From positions 3,540,001-3,572,000 of the forward strand of contig NC_000964.3 of the NCBI RefSeq assembly GCF_000009045.1: a DNA stretch of 32,000 bases, read 5' to 3'. Positions 30,546 through 32,000 of the stretch are shown piece by piece. Numbering within the stretch: the first letter of the stretch is position 1; the number at the start of each line of letters is the position of its first letter. The stretch comes from Bacillus subtilis subsp. subtilis str. 168 (GTDB lineage: Bacteria; Bacillota; Bacilli; Bacillales; Bacillaceae). The translations under genes were made by a program, and so were the position numbers. The notes beneath the pieces were generated by a model. That model did no database searches, was not told where the DNA came from, and saw only the letters and a program-made list of their open reading frames with translations.

Positions 30546-31499
30546 TCATTCTTTCAGTAAATCAACAAGAAGAGAGGCCACTTTATGTGTATCGTGACGT
30601 ATTACGTCATTTTTATACGTTACAATTTGATCTCTGATGACTTCAAGCCCCATCGCTTTCAGCTCTTCGATATCAAAATCAACAGGACGCGCCGATTCCA
30701 TTTCGTACTTACGTTTTATTTCGTCGGGAATGTCTTCACTGTTCACTAATATCGTATCAATAAAACCACAGCCCATATGCTGATTGAGCGCTTTCACATG
30801 ATCAGCAGCGGTGTAATGGAGCGTTTCGCCGGGCTGAGTCATCACGTTGCAAATGTATACTTTTTTCGCCGGCGCCTTTATCACTTCTTCCCCGATTTTT
30901 GGGACGAGCAAATTGGGAAGAATGCTGGTATAGAGGCTTCCCGGGCCGATAATAATCAAATCCGCTTCCCTGATTACGTCTATTGTTTCCGGCAGCGGAT
31001 CAATCTGTTCAGGCGTGAGAAAAACACGCTTAATGCGCTGTCCGTATTCTGGGATCGTTGACTCGCCTGAGACCACGCGGCCATCTTCCATCTCAGCATG
31101 CAAAACGACACTGGCATTGGCAGCCGGCAAAACCTTTCCTCTTACATTCAGCACCTTGCTCATTTCTGTGACAGCGTGAAAAAAATCACCGGTTATATTT
31201 GTCATCGCTGCCAAAATCAAATTCCCGAGAGAATGGCCTGTTAAGTCATTCCCTTTATTGAAGCGGTGCTGAAAAAGATCTTCAACAAGCGGCTCCACAT
31301 CGGATAAAGCGGCAAGCACATTTCTGATGTCTCCGGGAGGCGGAATTTTCAGTTCATTCCGCAGACGGCCAGAGCTCCCCCCATCATCGGCAACTGTTAC
31401 AATGGCCGTGATGTCAACGGGTTTATGCTTTAGGCCCCGAAGCAATACAGAAAGACCTGTACCGCCGCCAAAGATTGCGATTTTCGGCTTTTGTCCCAT
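30546..31499 (-). CDS. glmR: YvcK/GlmR, CofD-like gluconeogenesis factor / UDP-sugar-binding regulator (317 aa)
   Basis: ATG 31499 lies one nt after the yvcJ stop. N-terminal IAIFGGGTGLS motif. The track extension to 31541 overlaps yvcJ and lacks an RBS. Confidence 0.94.
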   Translation of the reverse strand: MGQKPKIAIFGGGTGLSVLLRGLKHKPVDITAIVTVADDGGSSGRLRNELKIPPPGDIRNVLAALSDVEPLVEDLFQHRFNKGNDLTGHSLGNLILAAMTNITGDFFHAVTEMSKVLNVRGKVLPAANASVVLHAEMEDGRVVSGESTIPEYGQRIKRVFLTPEQIDPLPETIDVIREADLIIIGPGSLYTSILPNLLVPKIGEEVIKAPAKKVYICNVMTQPGETLHYTAADHVKALNQHMGCGFIDTILVNSEDIPDEIKRKYEMESARPVDFDIEELKAMGLEVIRDQIVTYKNDVIRHDTHKVASLLVDLLKE

Positions 31500-31500
31500 C

Positions 31501-32000
31501 TTATTTCCGGCTTCTCTTTTCAATGTCCCGGTGAGTAACATGAGTATAGTAATCCTTTTTGAAATAATCAGCTAAATTCTCGGCTAATGTCACAGAGCGG
31601 TGCTGGCCCCCTGTGCAGCCGATCGCAATGACAACCTGGCTTTTTCCTTCTCTTTTGTAAGATGGAAGCATAAAGCTCAGCAGATCAATTAATTTCTCAT
31701 TGAACTTTTGCGTTTCATTCCACTTCATGACGTAAGAGGAAACCTCTTTATCCTTGCCAGTCAGCGGCCGCATGCTTTCGATATAGTACGGATTCGGCAA
31801 AAATCTGACATCAAAGACGAGATCTGCATCAATTGGAATACCGTATTTAAAACCAAATGACATCACATTTACGGTAAATGTCTCTCCTTGGTTTGTCGCA
31901 AAGTGCTTCACGATTTTTTCACGCAAATCACGCGGCTTCATGTCAGACGTATCGTAAATGATTTGAGAGCGGCCTTTTAATTCCTCAAGCAGCTCTCGTT
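31501..32000 (-). CDS. yvcJ: C-terminal part of the RapZ-like nucleotide-binding protein YvcJ; the 5' end lies beyond the window
   Basis: The frame stays open past the track's first Met (upstream codons read ...[19 protein letters not shown]). Conserved C-terminal block [13 protein letters not shown]. Confidence 0.9.
   Translation of the reverse strand, partial: RELLEELKGRSQIIYDTSDMKPRDLREKIVKHFATNQGETFTVNVMSFGFKYGIPIDADLVFDVRFLPNPYYIESMRPLTGKDKEVSSYVMKWNETQKFNEKLIDLLSFMLPSYKREGKSQVVIAIGCTGGQHRSVTLAENLADYFKKDYYTHVTHRDIEKRSRK

Overview
The proteins and gene order match my recollection of the Bacillus subtilis 168 chromosome from yveA to yvcJ. This identification is from memory and no search was run. 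The content is mostly core metabolism and stress genes, and about three quarters of the genes are on the minus strand. Left to right: the yveA permease 3' end; yvdT-yvdS-yvdR (TetR regulator plus paired SMR pump); yvdQ; a ~3 kb islet (yvdP/cotQ FAD oxidase and the yvdO patatin-like lipase) ending at tRNA-Arg(CCG); clpP with CtsR and SigB-type signals; the maltodextrin/maltose cluster mdxR-mdxD-mdxEFG-yvdJ-mdxK-malL-pgcM; the divergent yvdD (LOG) / yvdC (MazG-like) pair; yvdB-yvdA (SulP transporter plus beta-carbonic anhydrase); yvcT; the Bce-type peptide-antibiotic module psdRS-psdAB; a 69-aa lipoprotein ORF; and yvcN-crh-whiA-yvcK(glmR)-yvcJ. I found no CRISPR array, IS element, integrase, rRNA or obvious riboswitch, and no clear multi-gene novel system. 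The strongest unexplained structure is a ~105-nt imperfect direct repeat of the tRNA-Arg 3' half plus its terminator, which brackets yvdP and yvdO like a decayed tRNA-anchored island carrying an orphan patatin-like phospholipase. Secondary leads are the LOG/MazG divergent pair, the uncharacterised membrane protein YvdJ inside the mdx operon, repeated operator-like palindromes, and the small lipoprotein ORF next to the Psd module. Many track ORFs carry N-terminal extensions, which I trimmed to the start codon with a proper Shine-Dalgarno sequence.
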